Source of the DNA: an uncultured Planctomycetota bacterium
Lineage (GTDB): Bacteria; Planctomycetota; Phycisphaerae; Tepidisphaerales; Tepidisphaeraceae
NCBI GenBank assembly: GCA_963841915.1
Contig: CAWJEN010000005.1
Span: 640,001-704,000, forward strand
Length of the DNA: 64,000 nt
Direction: 5' to 3'
Below are positions 30,683 to 40,302 of this stretch, piece by piece (positions within the stretch are counted from its first letter, which is position 1; each line of letters opens with the position of its first letter). The notes beneath the pieces were generated by a model. The model was not told the origin of the DNA, did no database searches, and saw only the letters and a program-made list of their open reading frames with translations. The translations under genes and the position numbers were made by a program.

Positions 30683-33367
30683 ATGCCGATGCACCCCCAG
30701 CCCGACCTAGCCCAACCCCGAATTGCCTCCCTCAGCGGTGATACGTGGACTTTGATGCTGGGCCATGTCCACGACCGCTCGCGTGGGGCGATCCATGACA
30801 AGAGCGACGTGCCGGCCGATCTGCCAGGCCACAAGGTCGCTGCCACTGTGCCGGGTTGTGTCCACACCGACCTGCTCGCCGCGGGATGGATCCCGGACCC
30901 GTACCTCGACCAGAATGAGCTTCACCTCTTGTGGATCGGCCGTTGCGACTGGAGCTACACCCGCAGCTTCGAACTGTCGGCCGCCGATCTCGCCCGGGAG
31001 CACCTGGAACTCTGCTTCGACGGCCTCGACACGGTGGCCGTCGTCAGCGTCAACGGCGTCGAGCTGGGCCGCACGGCCAACATGCACCGCCGCTACCGGT
31101 TTGACCTCAAGGACGCGTGCGTCGGAGGGTCCAACACGCTCGAGGTCGCCTTTGCCGCCCCGTTGCCCGCCGCCTGGGACGAGCAGGATCGGCTCGGCGA
31201 ACTGCCCCGCGCCGGTGGCGGCAGCAACCCTTCGCACCCGCACAACATGCTCCGCAAGATGGCCTGCAACATGGGCTGGGACTGGGGTCCGGTTCTGCCG
31301 ACCTGTGGCATCTGGCGTGACATTCGCGTCGAGGCGTGGAACGTCGGCCGACTCGGTGACGTGCGACCGATCGTGCGGTCGGCAACCGAAGCACTGGCCG
31401 TCGTCGATATAGAAGCCGACGTGCAAGGCCGCGGTGACGTGCGGGCGACGCTGACCGCACCCGACGGCTCATCCTTCGAGGGCACGCATCTGGAGATTGA
31501 GAATCCGAAACGCTGGTTCCCGGTCGGTCACGGCCAGCAACCGCTCTACACGCTGCGTGTGGAACTCCACGACGGCAACACGCTGCTCGACGTCCGCGAG
31601 CAGCGCGTCGGCCTACGCGAGGTGACGCTCGACACGACGGCCGACGTCGACCGCAACGGGAGCGACTGGCCCGTCGACGGCCTCGGCAGCGGCAATGCGA
31701 TGCAGCTCGTCGTCAACGGCCGCCCCGTCTACTGCAAGGGCGCCAACTGGATTCCCGACGACGCCTTCCCGCACCGCGTCACCCCCGACCGGTACGCAAA
31801 ACGGATCGACCAGGCGGTCGAGGCGAACATGAACATGCTCCGCGTCTGGGGCGGCGGGCTCTATGAATCAAACGATTTTTACGAGCTTTGCGACGAAAAG
31901 GGCGTGATGGTCTGGCAAGACTTCCTCTTTGCCTGTGCCGCGTATCACGAGGACGAGTCGACCCATCGCCAGGTCGAGGCCGAGTCCCGCGATAACGTCT
32001 CGCGACTGACCCGTCACCCGTCGCTGGTCCTGTGGAACGGCTGCAACGAAAACCTCATGGGCCACCACAGCTGGCATTACGACGAAAAATCCTGGGAAAG
32101 CTACATCGGTGACCGCGGGTGGGGCTTGGCGTACTACTACGGCGTGCTCGACAAGGCAACGCGTGAGCTGGCACCGGCCACGCCTTACTGGCCGGCCAGC
32201 CCGAGCAACGGCACCACGCTCGACGACTTCATTGGTAAAGACCCCAACGCCAACGAACGTGGCAACCGGCACGTCTGGAACGTCTGGCACGGGCCGGGGC
32301 ACTACCTCAATTATCTGGGGCATTACCCAAGGTTTTGCAGCGAATTCGGCTTCCACGGGCCGGCGGCATGGGCGACGCTCGAGCGGGCGATCCCCGAACA
32401 CGCACGCCGCTGGGACAGCGACGCCATGCGACTGCACAACAAGAACGGCATCACCGACATCGGCGACGGCCAAGACAAGTCGACCGCCCGCATGGGTGAT
32501 GACTTCGAGGTGCCCGACGCAGTCTGCGGCGACGCGTTCGACGACTGGCTTTACCTCTCGCAGGTCATGCAGGCGCGGGCGCTGACGGTTGGAGTCGGCT
32601 GGTACCGCTCGCTGTTCCCGTGGAACAGCGGCTCGCTGTTCTGGCAGCTCAACGACTGCTGGCCTTGTGCGAGCTGGTCGGCCATCGACGGTGACGGCCG
32701 GGCCAAGCCGATGCTCCACGCGGCCAGGCGGTTCTTCGCGCCGCGCGTCGTCAACATTGGCCCACGCGAGCCGACGCAGGTCGGCGGCTGGGACGAAGAC
32801 GCCGGGCCGCTGCGGGTCTTCCTGCACAACGATGCCGACGCGACCTGGCAGACGGCCTTGCACCTTCGCCGCTTCGACTACGACGGCATCGAGCTTGACG
32901 CGCACGAGGCGGCGGTGACGGTGCAACCACGCGCCGCTGCGACGGTCGACGTACCGACGGACTGGCACCGCCGCGACGACACATTTCTGGTAGCCGACGC
33001 GGCAGGTGGTGAGCGGGCGTTCTGGTGGTTCGCGCCGGACAAGCACGCGCCGATGCCGACACCGCGGTTCGAGGCCAAAGCCGCTGACGACGGCCGGTCG
33101 GTAACGGTGACAGCCAGGACGCTCGTGCGGGATCTGTGCTTGCTGGCCGACCGTTTGCACCCGTCTGCCGAGGCGGACGACGCGTGCGTGACCTTGCTGC
33201 CGGGCGAGTCGGTGACGTTCACGATCGACACGCCGGTGGCGCTGGACCCTGAGGCACTGACGCGTCGGCCGGTGCTGCGGTGCATCGGCGACCGTGCCGG
33301 TGCCGATGATTCGCCCGTTGTAGCAGGCGGCGAAGCCGAGCCGGTACTTGCCGGTCACGCCGGCTGA
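30683..33367 (+). CDS. GH2 beta-mannosidase
   Basis: VPGCVHTDL, GLDTVA, RKMACNMGWDWGP, KGANWIP, NMLRVWGGG, WQDFLFAC, WNGCNE, SEFG, WQLNDCWP. Confidence 0.92.
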   Translation: MPMHPQPDLAQPRIASLSGDTWTLMLGHVHDRSRGAIHDKSDVPADLPGHKVAATVPGCVHTDLLAAGWIPDPYLDQNELHLLWIGRCDWSYTRSFELSAADLAREHLELCFDGLDTVAVVSVNGVELGRTANMHRRYRFDLKDACVGGSNTLEVAFAAPLPAAWDEQDRLGELPRAGGGSNPSHPHNMLRKMACNMGWDWGPVLPTCGIWRDIRVEAWNVGRLGDVRPIVRSATEALAVVDIEADVQGRGDVRATLTAPDGSSFEGTHLEIENPKRWFPVGHGQQPLYTLRVELHDGNTLLDVREQRVGLREVTLDTTADVDRNGSDWPVDGLGSGNAMQLVVNGRPVYCKGANWIPDDAFPHRVTPDRYAKRIDQAVEANMNMLRVWGGGLYESNDFYELCDEKGVMVWQDFLFACAAYHEDESTHRQVEAESRDNVSRLTRHPSLVLWNGCNENLMGHHSWHYDEKSWESYIGDRGWGLAYYYGVLDKATRELAPATPYWPASPSNGTTLDDFIGKDPNANERGNRHVWNVWHGPGHYLNYLGHYPRFCSEFGFHGPAAWATLERAIPEHARRWDSDAMRLHNKNGITDIGDGQDKSTARMGDDFEVPDAVCGDAFDDWLYLSQVMQARALTVGVGWYRSLFPWNSGSLFWQLNDCWPCASWSAIDGDGRAKPMLHAARRFFAPRVVNIGPREPTQVGGWDEDAGPLRVFLHNDADATWQTALHLRRFDYDGIELDAHEAAVTVQPRAAATVDVPTDWHRRDDTFLVADAAGGERAFWWFAPDKHAPMPTPRFEAKAADDGRSVTVTARTLVRDLCLLADRLHPSAEADDACVTLLPGESVTFTIDTPVALDPEALTRRPVLRCIGDRAGADDSPVVAGGEAEPVLAGHAG

Positions 33368-33382
33368 TCCTCTCTGCCACGG

Positions 33383-33446
33383 TGACGCAAAACGAAGAGG
33401 CTTTGACGTAGAACGCCGTGGGTAACGCTGGTGTGTGGTGTAAAGT
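33383..33446 (+). promoter_or_regulatory. Candidate XylR/AraC-activated promoter (21-bp-period direct repeats + -10)
   Basis: TGACGCAAAACG-N9-TGACGTAGAACG-N25-TAAAGT; same layout at 37608-37671. Confidence 0.6.
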
Positions 33447-33528
33447 TGGTGTGGGAAGCAATCGCCGCAAGTGCGGCTCTTTCCGCGCTTTTGCGGACTT
33501 ACCCAACAGCGAATTGAGGAGACCGAAG

Positions 33529-34173
33529 ATGAAGAACATCAAACTGTTTGGCTTGGGATCGATGGCCGCAATGACCGCCATGCTCGGCGTTGCGATCACC
33601 CCGCAAATTGCCTCGGCGAGCCTGCTGACGAACCCAGGCTTTGAAGACGTCGACAACAATGGTGATCAAGGTGACGGCTGGGGCAGCTTCGGTGCTGCAG
33701 GCTTCAACGCCTTCTTCGGGGCCAACGGACACGCCAGCCTCTTCGCCGACACCGTCGGCAACAGTGGCGGCATCTTCCAAACCGGCATCTCAGGCGACGC
33801 GGGCGTCGAGTACACGTTCACGCTCACCGACACCTTCGTCGAATCCAACGCCCGGGCCGATCTGACGTTTGGGCTCGAGTTCTACCTTGCCGACGACGCG
33901 ACACTGATTTCCAGCGAGGTTGCCGCCATCGACCTTTCCGACCAGAACGTCAACCACGGCGGCGGGCTTGTCTTCTCGACGTCGGCCGTTGCGCCGATCG
34001 GCACTGCGTTCGTCCGCCCGGTCATCCTGTTCGAGAACGCAGATCCATTCGCTTCTGGCAGCAGCAACATCTTCGTCTTCGACGCGTCGCTGACGGCCGT
34101 GCCCGAGCCGACGTCGGCCGCCGCGGCGGGTATCGCCGGGCTGTGCCTGCTGGCTCGTCGTCGCCGCAGCTGA
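33529..34173 (+). CDS. PEP-CTERM protein with CBM4/9-like beta-sandwich
   Basis: GAGGAG RBS, signal peptide, LLTNPGFE start of mature chain, VPEP-TM-RRRR. Confidence 0.88.
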   Translation: MKNIKLFGLGSMAAMTAMLGVAITPQIASASLLTNPGFEDVDNNGDQGDGWGSFGAAGFNAFFGANGHASLFADTVGNSGGIFQTGISGDAGVEYTFTLTDTFVESNARADLTFGLEFYLADDATLISSEVAAIDLSDQNVNHGGGLVFSTSAVAPIGTAFVRPVILFENADPFASGSSNIFVFDASLTAVPEPTSAAAAGIAGLCLLARRRRS

Positions 34174-34186
34174 TTGATCCTCCTCC

Positions 34187-34228
34187 AAAAGAGAATCGCC
34201 GGCGGGCCTGTGCCTGCCGGCGATTCTC
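34187..34228. terminator. Probable bidirectional intrinsic terminator
   Basis: 13-bp perfect stem gagaatcgccggc/gccggcgattctc preceded by AAAA, between convergent genes. Confidence 0.7.
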
Positions 34229-34250
34229 GTTGCGCTTCGTCCTGCTTCGC

Positions 34251-36647
34251 CTATTGGTCGTCGGCGATGAGGAACGCGTTGTCGAACTTCACCGCTCCGC
34301 CTCGCGGCGCATCGGCACTGGGGGCGATGCGTATGAGCACCCGGAGCGAATCCGTCGGCACGGTCGCCTTGACCGTCACGAGCGACCAACCACCTGCCGG
34401 CTCGAGCGCGACGACGTCGATGTCTCGGCTGGTCAGCAGCACCGGCTGATCACCGTCGACGGCTTCGAGCGCAAGCGTCACCCGCAGTGCCGGGTTCTCG
34501 CCGTTCTGTGGCTTGTCCGCATGGGCGAAGATGCCGAACGTGTAAGTCTTGCCGGGCTCGACCTCGACGTCCTGCCACATGCCACTGTCGTCGGCCGAGT
34601 CGCGACGCCAGTGGTGGTAACCGATCATCGACTTGCCATCGAGCGTCGGTGTCCAGTCGTCGTGTCGATTGAGCCATTGGCCCCAGCGGTTCCAGTTCGC
34701 CGCCATGTCGGGTTCTTCTCCGACCGTCTCGAACGATGCATTGTTCAACAGATTCTCACCCGACGGCATCAACGGGATCAACCGTTGAGCAAGCGCAGTC
34801 GCCTCGACGCCGATCGACACCTGGTTGAACGTCGCCCGAGTCAATGAGCCGTCGGCGTGGGCACAAACAGCCAGACCCGCAACGCCTTCGGAGGCGTCGG
34901 CGATCGTTGCCTGGCCCGCTTTGTACCAGACATCTCCCTGACCGATGAACGCTGCGATGCTGTCGCCTTCTCGCGTGAGCCGAAACGCAACAGGTGCCGG
35001 GCCGGGTGCGAACTTCTCTTCTGTCGCCCGCGTCCCCTGGCTCTTGCGGCAGGTGAAGCTGACGGTGCCGTCGGGGAACGCGTTGATCATGACAAAGGGT
35101 GCACCAGGCGACTGCGGATCTGCGCCGCCGCGGAACATGAGGCCGGCTTTGGCATAGCGGTCACTGTCGAGCAGGTCCTGGAGCATGGCCGTGATCGACT
35201 GCCCGTCTGTCAACGGCCTTGCGACGAAGCCGAAACTGTCGGTCCGCTCGAAGATGTCTGATCCTCCAGCAACCACCGCCAGTAGGTCATCCTCCTGGGT
35301 CGCCCCGACGGGTGCGCCACCGACGGAGAGCAAGGCCCAATCTGCCGGGGCGGGATCGACGGGCACTTCGGTCGGAAGCGCGGGTAGCGGCGGAAGCGCG
35401 ATCTCAGGAGCCCGCTCGGCCGTCAGCGTCGCTTGCAGTGACGTGTCGATCGCCAGCGGCATCGTGGCGAGCCTCTCGAACCACGCCTCGATCGTCTCGA
35501 GTGAGTCACGCTCGAGGTCGAGCTTTGGCAGCGAGTCGGCGTTCGTGACGAAGTACCAGTTGTCGCCCGCCACGCCGCCTTCGGGCTTGAGCAGCTTGTA
35601 GCTCCACGCGGTCGCCATCCAGCCGCGGTCGGCGAAGTCGTCGAAGTAGCGTCGCATCATCCGCTCGCCACCCGTCGAGTCGAACACGACGTTGAACTCA
35701 CCGACCAGGAACGGCCCGCCTTGCGCTTCGAGGTACGCCTGCACCGCCGGGAACGTGACGCCCAGCGTGCGGGCGTGGCTGAGCAGGTTCTGCGGACTGC
35801 CGAAGAGGCCGGGGTAGTAGTGGTGCGTAAAGCCCACGTTGTGCATCGCCTCGTCACCCAGCTCTGCCCGCAAGTCGCCGTAGAAGAACGGCCCGTCCTG
35901 CAAACTGCCCGGCAGCAGGGCGATGTGATCGTCACCTTCCTCGCGAATGGCGGCGAGGCAACGCAGCATGATCTCCTTGAGCTCGGGCCGAACGTCACGC
36001 TGGTAGTCCGACCACGGCTCGTTCAGCAGGTCGTAAGCGGCGATGCTGTTGCGGTGCTTGTACCGCTGGGCAATGCGTCGCCAGATCGTGACCGTCTGAT
36101 CCTGTGCCGCCCGGTCATCCCAAAGACGATCCCGACCGGCCTCGCCTGTGTGGTGCTGGTCGCTCTGTCCGCCGGGCGCACCGTGAAGGTCGAGGATCAC
36201 GTAAATCTCCGCGGCCTCGGCCATTTCGATCGCGCGATCGAGCCAGGCAAATGCCTCGTCGTCGTCTAAGGCTTGGAGCAACTGATAGTCGAACGGCACG
36301 CGGACCACGTTGAAGCCGAACGACTTGATGATCGCAAAGTCACGCGGGCGAACGTATCCGTCGCGCCAAATCTCCATGAGCCGCTCACGCTCTGCCTCGC
36401 CGAAGCGACGGTCGAGGGTCGCAAAGACCTCGGCCTGATCATGTTGCGGCCAAGCCGACATCCACGTTTCGAGGATAAGCCAGTTGCCGAGATTGACCCC
36501 GCGAAGGACGACGTCGTTGCCCGCTGCATCTGCGACGCGAGCTCCTTCAGCGTGCAGACGCGGCAGCTCCGCACGGCTGGCGTCGGTCGCAACGAACACG
36601 GACAGGAAGGTGGCCAATGCGACCACGATGAAATGTCTCTGCTTCAT
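34251..36647 (-). CDS. Secreted multimodular GH5 glycoside hydrolase with C-terminal beta-sandwich/CBM-like domains
   Basis: Signal peptide; LRGVNLGNW, FNVVRVP, ILDLHGAPGGQ, YDLLNEP, HYYP, VGEF; later AKAGLMFR and NLLNNASFE. Confidence 0.88.
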   Translation of the reverse strand: MKQRHFIVVALATFLSVFVATDASRAELPRLHAEGARVADAAGNDVVLRGVNLGNWLILETWMSAWPQHDQAEVFATLDRRFGEAERERLMEIWRDGYVRPRDFAIIKSFGFNVVRVPFDYQLLQALDDDEAFAWLDRAIEMAEAAEIYVILDLHGAPGGQSDQHHTGEAGRDRLWDDRAAQDQTVTIWRRIAQRYKHRNSIAAYDLLNEPWSDYQRDVRPELKEIMLRCLAAIREEGDDHIALLPGSLQDGPFFYGDLRAELGDEAMHNVGFTHHYYPGLFGSPQNLLSHARTLGVTFPAVQAYLEAQGGPFLVGEFNVVFDSTGGERMMRRYFDDFADRGWMATAWSYKLLKPEGGVAGDNWYFVTNADSLPKLDLERDSLETIEAWFERLATMPLAIDTSLQATLTAERAPEIALPPLPALPTEVPVDPAPADWALLSVGGAPVGATQEDDLLAVVAGGSDIFERTDSFGFVARPLTDGQSITAMLQDLLDSDRYAKAGLMFRGGADPQSPGAPFVMINAFPDGTVSFTCRKSQGTRATEEKFAPGPAPVAFRLTREGDSIAAFIGQGDVWYKAGQATIADASEGVAGLAVCAHADGSLTRATFNQVSIGVEATALAQRLIPLMPSGENLLNNASFETVGEEPDMAANWNRWGQWLNRHDDWTPTLDGKSMIGYHHWRRDSADDSGMWQDVEVEPGKTYTFGIFAHADKPQNGENPALRVTLALEAVDGDQPVLLTSRDIDVVALEPAGGWSLVTVKATVPTDSLRVLIRIAPSADAPRGGAVKFDNAFLIADDQ

Positions 36648-36735
36648 AGCCATAGCTCCTTCAAGAACGACGCCCGGCCAGAGCCGGGCGCTTGTGCCTT
36701 TGACGGCGATTTCATGAATCACCCGCACGCCGACG

Positions 36736-37515
36736 TTATTGCGGCTGCTCGTCGGCCCAGCCGGTCCAGTAGAGCCGCGTCCGGTACTCGATGCCACCAG
36801 CCGGGACGCCGTTGATCTCGGCTGGGTAGATGGCAAGCTCGTTGCCGTCGGGGTCAAGGCGAGACTCCTTGAGTCGCGTTTCGTTGTAGTCGCTGACGTG
36901 TCCGTCGGCGAAGACGACGTTGAGCAGCTTGGCGTCGCTTCTGCCGTGTGGGAACTGCGAAGGCTGCCAATCGGGCCAGGCGATGTCGTAGAACGTCATC
37001 GCCTCGGTCGCGCTCTTGAGTGCTGCGCTGCGACGGCTCGGGGCGTAGTCCATGTTGTACCGGTAGTGCGCGGCCCCGGGATCCTGAAGCCAATCCGCGC
37101 CGGCCGCTTCGACGCCGGGGCACCGGAAGACGCCGTTGATGTCGCGCACCGTCGGGTCTTCATCCTGCGGCAGATAAGGGACCAGCAGCTCCTGGACGAA
37201 CGGTGCGTCAATCTGCGGAATGCCGACGTAGCCATCGATGGCCGGCGTCGAGAGGTTGTCGCCGTTCTGCCAGGCAAAGTTTCGCCCGCCTGGTAGTGCG
37301 CCGCCGTTGTCGTTGATGTACATCGACGTCGCCGTACCGACCTGCCGCAAATTACTCTTGCAAACGGTCTTGCTGGCCGACTCGCGAGCGCTGTTGAGCG
37401 TCGGCAGCAGGATCGAGATCAGCAGGGCGATGATGCCGATGACGACGAGCAACTCAACGAGCGTAAAACCGCCCGACCGACGGGCGCAAAGCCGATAGTG
37501 TTTCGTGTGGTTCAT
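36736..37515 (-). CDS. Prepilin-type N-terminal / DUF1559 H-X9-DG protein
   Basis: [31 protein letters not shown]...CKSNLRQVG...PH...NVVFADGH. Confidence 0.9.
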   Translation of the reverse strand: MNHTKHYRLCARRSGGFTLVELLVVIGIIALLISILLPTLNSARESASKTVCKSNLRQVGTATSMYINDNGGALPGGRNFAWQNGDNLSTPAIDGYVGIPQIDAPFVQELLVPYLPQDEDPTVRDINGVFRCPGVEAAGADWLQDPGAAHYRYNMDYAPSRRSAALKSATEAMTFYDIAWPDWQPSQFPHGRSDAKLLNVVFADGHVSDYNETRLKESRLDPDGNELAIYPAEINGVPAGGIEYRTRLYWTGWADEQPQ

Positions 37516-37607
37516 GAAGGTCCTCCTCAGGTGCCGCGACCCAGAGGCCGCAGAGGCGTCGCACCAGCCGTCGGACAACGTCCCGGCACCGACGCGTTGC
37601 CCGACTC

Positions 37608-37671
37608 ATGTTACATCGGCACGCCCCCCAGGCCACGACGGATCACGACAAAGCTCCTGCGTTTTGCGACA
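37608..37671 (-). promoter_or_regulatory. Candidate XylR/AraC-activated promoter (21-bp-period direct repeats + -10)
   Basis: Minus strand TGTCGCAAAACG-N9-TGTCGTGATCCG-N25-TAACAT. Confidence 0.6.
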
Positions 37672-37706
37672 CACGGCGTGGCGAAACTGGTACGCTTGCG
37701 GCCACA

Positions 37707-38891
37707 GTGGTCACCGCCAAGAGCACCAACTCCGATGCGACGGCACGGCTTCAACGCAAGCGGCGGCGGGTCAGTCTTGCCATCGATGTCACCGGTTCCT
37801 ACGGGCGCGGCGTCCTCAAGGGCATCATGGCTTTTGCCAAAACGCGCAACTGGATCGTCGACATTCAGCTCAGCGACAGCGACGGTGCTCGGGCCGACGA
37901 GTGGAACGTCGACGGCGTGATCGCCCAGGCCATCACGCGACCGCTGGATCGTCGCATCGTCAAAGGGTGCCTGAAGCACAAGGTGCCGATGACGAACGTG
38001 AGCAACATGTTCGGCGGCTCGGTCATGCCGACGGTGCTGCCCGACGACGAAGCCGTCGGTCGCCTGGCCGCCGACTACTTCGCCGGGCGCGGCTTCACGC
38101 GATTTGCGTTCTTCGGCTATCGCGATCGTGGCAGCTATTCCGAAAGTCGCAGGCACGGATTCGCCCAGGCGGTCGCTCGCAAAGGTGGCCGACTGTTCGA
38201 CCTCGACGCCGGACGTGCTGCCCCCGCACAGGTCGGACAGTGGGCCAAGTCGCTACCGGTTCCGGTGGGCGTGTTGTGCTGCAACGACCGGTTGGCGTAC
38301 GACTTTTTGAGCGAGTGCCAGCGAGCCGGTGTGGCCGTTCCGGATGACCTGGCGGTGCTCGGTGTGGACGACGACGAGCTCGTCAACACGCTTATTTCTC
38401 CGTCGCTGTCGAGCGTCACGCTGCCGACGAACCGGATCGGCTTCGAAGCCGCCAGCCTGCTGCAGAAGCTCATGGACGGACACGACGCTCCGACGACGCC
38501 GATGCTCTTCCCGCCGGTGAGCGTCGTGACGAGGCAAAGCACCGACATCACGGCCCTGGAAGATCGCGATGTCTCGGCGGCGTTGCTGTTCATTCGCAAG
38601 CACGTGACCGAGGCCATCGGTGTCGAGGATGTCGTCGCCGCCGTGGCGATTAGTCGGCGGTCGCTCGAGCGTCGGTTCCAGGCTGCGCTTGGCAGAAGCG
38701 TGCTGGGCGAGATGCGGCACCGCCGCGTCGAGCGGGCCAAAGAGCTGCTGGCGATGACGGACCTTGCCATGCCCGCCATCGCACGGGCCAGCGGTTTCGG
38801 TGACGCGACGCGTCTCGGCATCGTCTTTCGCCAGGTCACCGGCCAACCGCCGACGGAGTTCCGCCGACAGGTCCGACCGTCACCCGCGTGA
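37707..38891 (+). CDS. XylR-type regulator (LacI-like sensor + AraC HTH)
   Basis: SYGRGVLKGI, VPDDLAVLGVDDD, LSSV, RQSTD, SRRSLERRF, GFG...F...TGQPPTEFR; GTG 37707 is the likely start. Confidence 0.9.
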   Translation: MVTAKSTNSDATARLQRKRRRVSLAIDVTGSYGRGVLKGIMAFAKTRNWIVDIQLSDSDGARADEWNVDGVIAQAITRPLDRRIVKGCLKHKVPMTNVSNMFGGSVMPTVLPDDEAVGRLAADYFAGRGFTRFAFFGYRDRGSYSESRRHGFAQAVARKGGRLFDLDAGRAAPAQVGQWAKSLPVPVGVLCCNDRLAYDFLSECQRAGVAVPDDLAVLGVDDDELVNTLISPSLSSVTLPTNRIGFEAASLLQKLMDGHDAPTTPMLFPPVSVVTRQSTDITALEDRDVSAALLFIRKHVTEAIGVEDVVAAVAISRRSLERRFQAALGRSVLGEMRHRRVERAKELLAMTDLAMPAIARASGFGDATRLGIVFRQVTGQPPTEFRRQVRPSPA

Positions 38892-38969
38892 TGCTGTGCC
38901 GCAGACAACGGGCTTCACATAAGCAACGTTATCGGCCAGAAGTGCGACCTTCGCCAAACCGCCCGGCGG

Positions 38970-39298
38970 TGAACGTGACGGCCGTCGTGCCGGAACCAAC
39001 GCTCGTCATGAGCCGCGGCTTCGACGAGGACGAATCCGTCGCGTTCCAGGAGATGATCAGCGACTGGCGCGAGTGGAGGTCTCTCGACTCCGCTCCGCTT
39101 CGCTCATGTCGGCAGCTGGCCACCTGTCGAGCTGGGTAGGCGACCGCGTGCAGGTCGGTCCGACGTCCAACGACCAGGGCATCGGGTTCTGCTACGGCAG
39201 CGGGTTCGGCCTCGTCACCATTGCCCCGGCCGACCCCACGGGCACGTTCGAGATGATCCGCTACCTCACCGACCCGCACAACCTCAAGCTGACTAAAA
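38970..39298 (+). pseudogene. Probable fragmented gene remnant
   Basis: Two short GC3-biased coding-like stretches in different frames (SRGFDEDESVAFQEMISDW; HLSSWVGDRVQVG...RYLTDPHNLKL). Confidence 0.3.
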
Positions 39299-39586
39299 CG
39301 TTGGCGCACGAAGACACAAAGCATCCGGTGCCGAACATCCCACCTTGCCGGCACCGGACTTGGCTTTGTGTGACATCACACTATGCACACTTCTTCCCAC
39401 AATGGCACGCCTGTCACCGATTTGGGTGATACAGCTGCCAAACGGTGGACCCAGTTTGGGCCACCAAGACGTCCAGGTAGCCCGCAAGCAGCGACGCGTC
39501 GACGCTCGCTTGAGCCGACACGGGCGAAAAAAAGCAGAAAATAAAGCGCGTTGGCGGCCGCCACGGCGCAGCGCTGCGGCGCCAAC

Positions 39587-40228
39587 ATGATTCACCCACA
39601 TCCAGGTCCCACCACCAACAACCTCAAGCCCTTCCACAACCCACCACATGACATGGCATCGGGCTCGGCAGGTCCGTTGGTCGAGGTGGCAGAGCCAGGT
39701 CAGGCAGGTGGTGGTTTGCGACAGGAGGGTGGTGTGTTGGGGCAGGAGGGTTGGCAGATGTTGGTTGCGTGCGGTGTGGCAGACAAGGTTGCCGCCGACC
39801 TTGCCGGTGAGAACACGGTGGCGTTGGTCGCCAGGTACGTCCGGGCATTTCAGGACCAGAACCGTCGTGGCAAGACCGTCGGCCCCGGCTGGCTCGTGCG
39901 GGCCATCGCGGGTCGCTGGACCGTCGCCGATCCCGCACCACAATCAGCACCGCAGGCCACGCCTCGTCCCGCTCCGGTCGCCCCGCAGGCATGCGTTGAC
40001 ACGGACGCCCGTGGCAAGCCGCTCGCCCCATTCCTGGCAGAGTTCGACCGATTGGCGGGCCTGTCCGACGCGGCCTTGGCGGTCGAGCGGGAGGCGTTCG
40101 TCGCTGCCGAGCCGACGTGGTCGGCGAGCATTGCGAAGCTGCCGCGTGACAGCCCGCGTCTGCTGAGCCTGCTTGCCGAGCGGAACGTCGACGGCCGTGT
40201 TGACGCCACACCACCGGCGGGCGTGTGA
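39587..40228 (+). CDS. Hypothetical protein resembling the C-terminal part of a replication-initiator/HTH protein
   Basis: N/P-rich linker, then LVACGVADKVAADL...GPGWLVRAIAGRW; no N-terminal HTH visible. Confidence 0.4.
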   Translation: MIHPHPGPTTNNLKPFHNPPHDMASGSAGPLVEVAEPGQAGGGLRQEGGVLGQEGWQMLVACGVADKVAADLAGENTVALVARYVRAFQDQNRRGKTVGPGWLVRAIAGRWTVADPAPQSAPQATPRPAPVAPQACVDTDARGKPLAPFLAEFDRLAGLSDAALAVEREAFVAAEPTWSASIAKLPRDSPRLLSLLAERNVDGRVDATPPAGV

Positions 40229-40302
40229 GGCAAACTGAAAGGCTTTTGCCGTCAGCCGCATCGTTCGTACAGGCCCAAATCGCGGTACGGTGGGCGATCC
40301 TC

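Noticed and set aside
28600..37475. Near-identical ~60-bp segments in the two DUF1559 genes as recombination or DGR repeats
   Set aside because: Explained by the conserved prepilin N-terminus; differences are synonymous, with no adenine-specific pattern and no reverse transcriptase nearby
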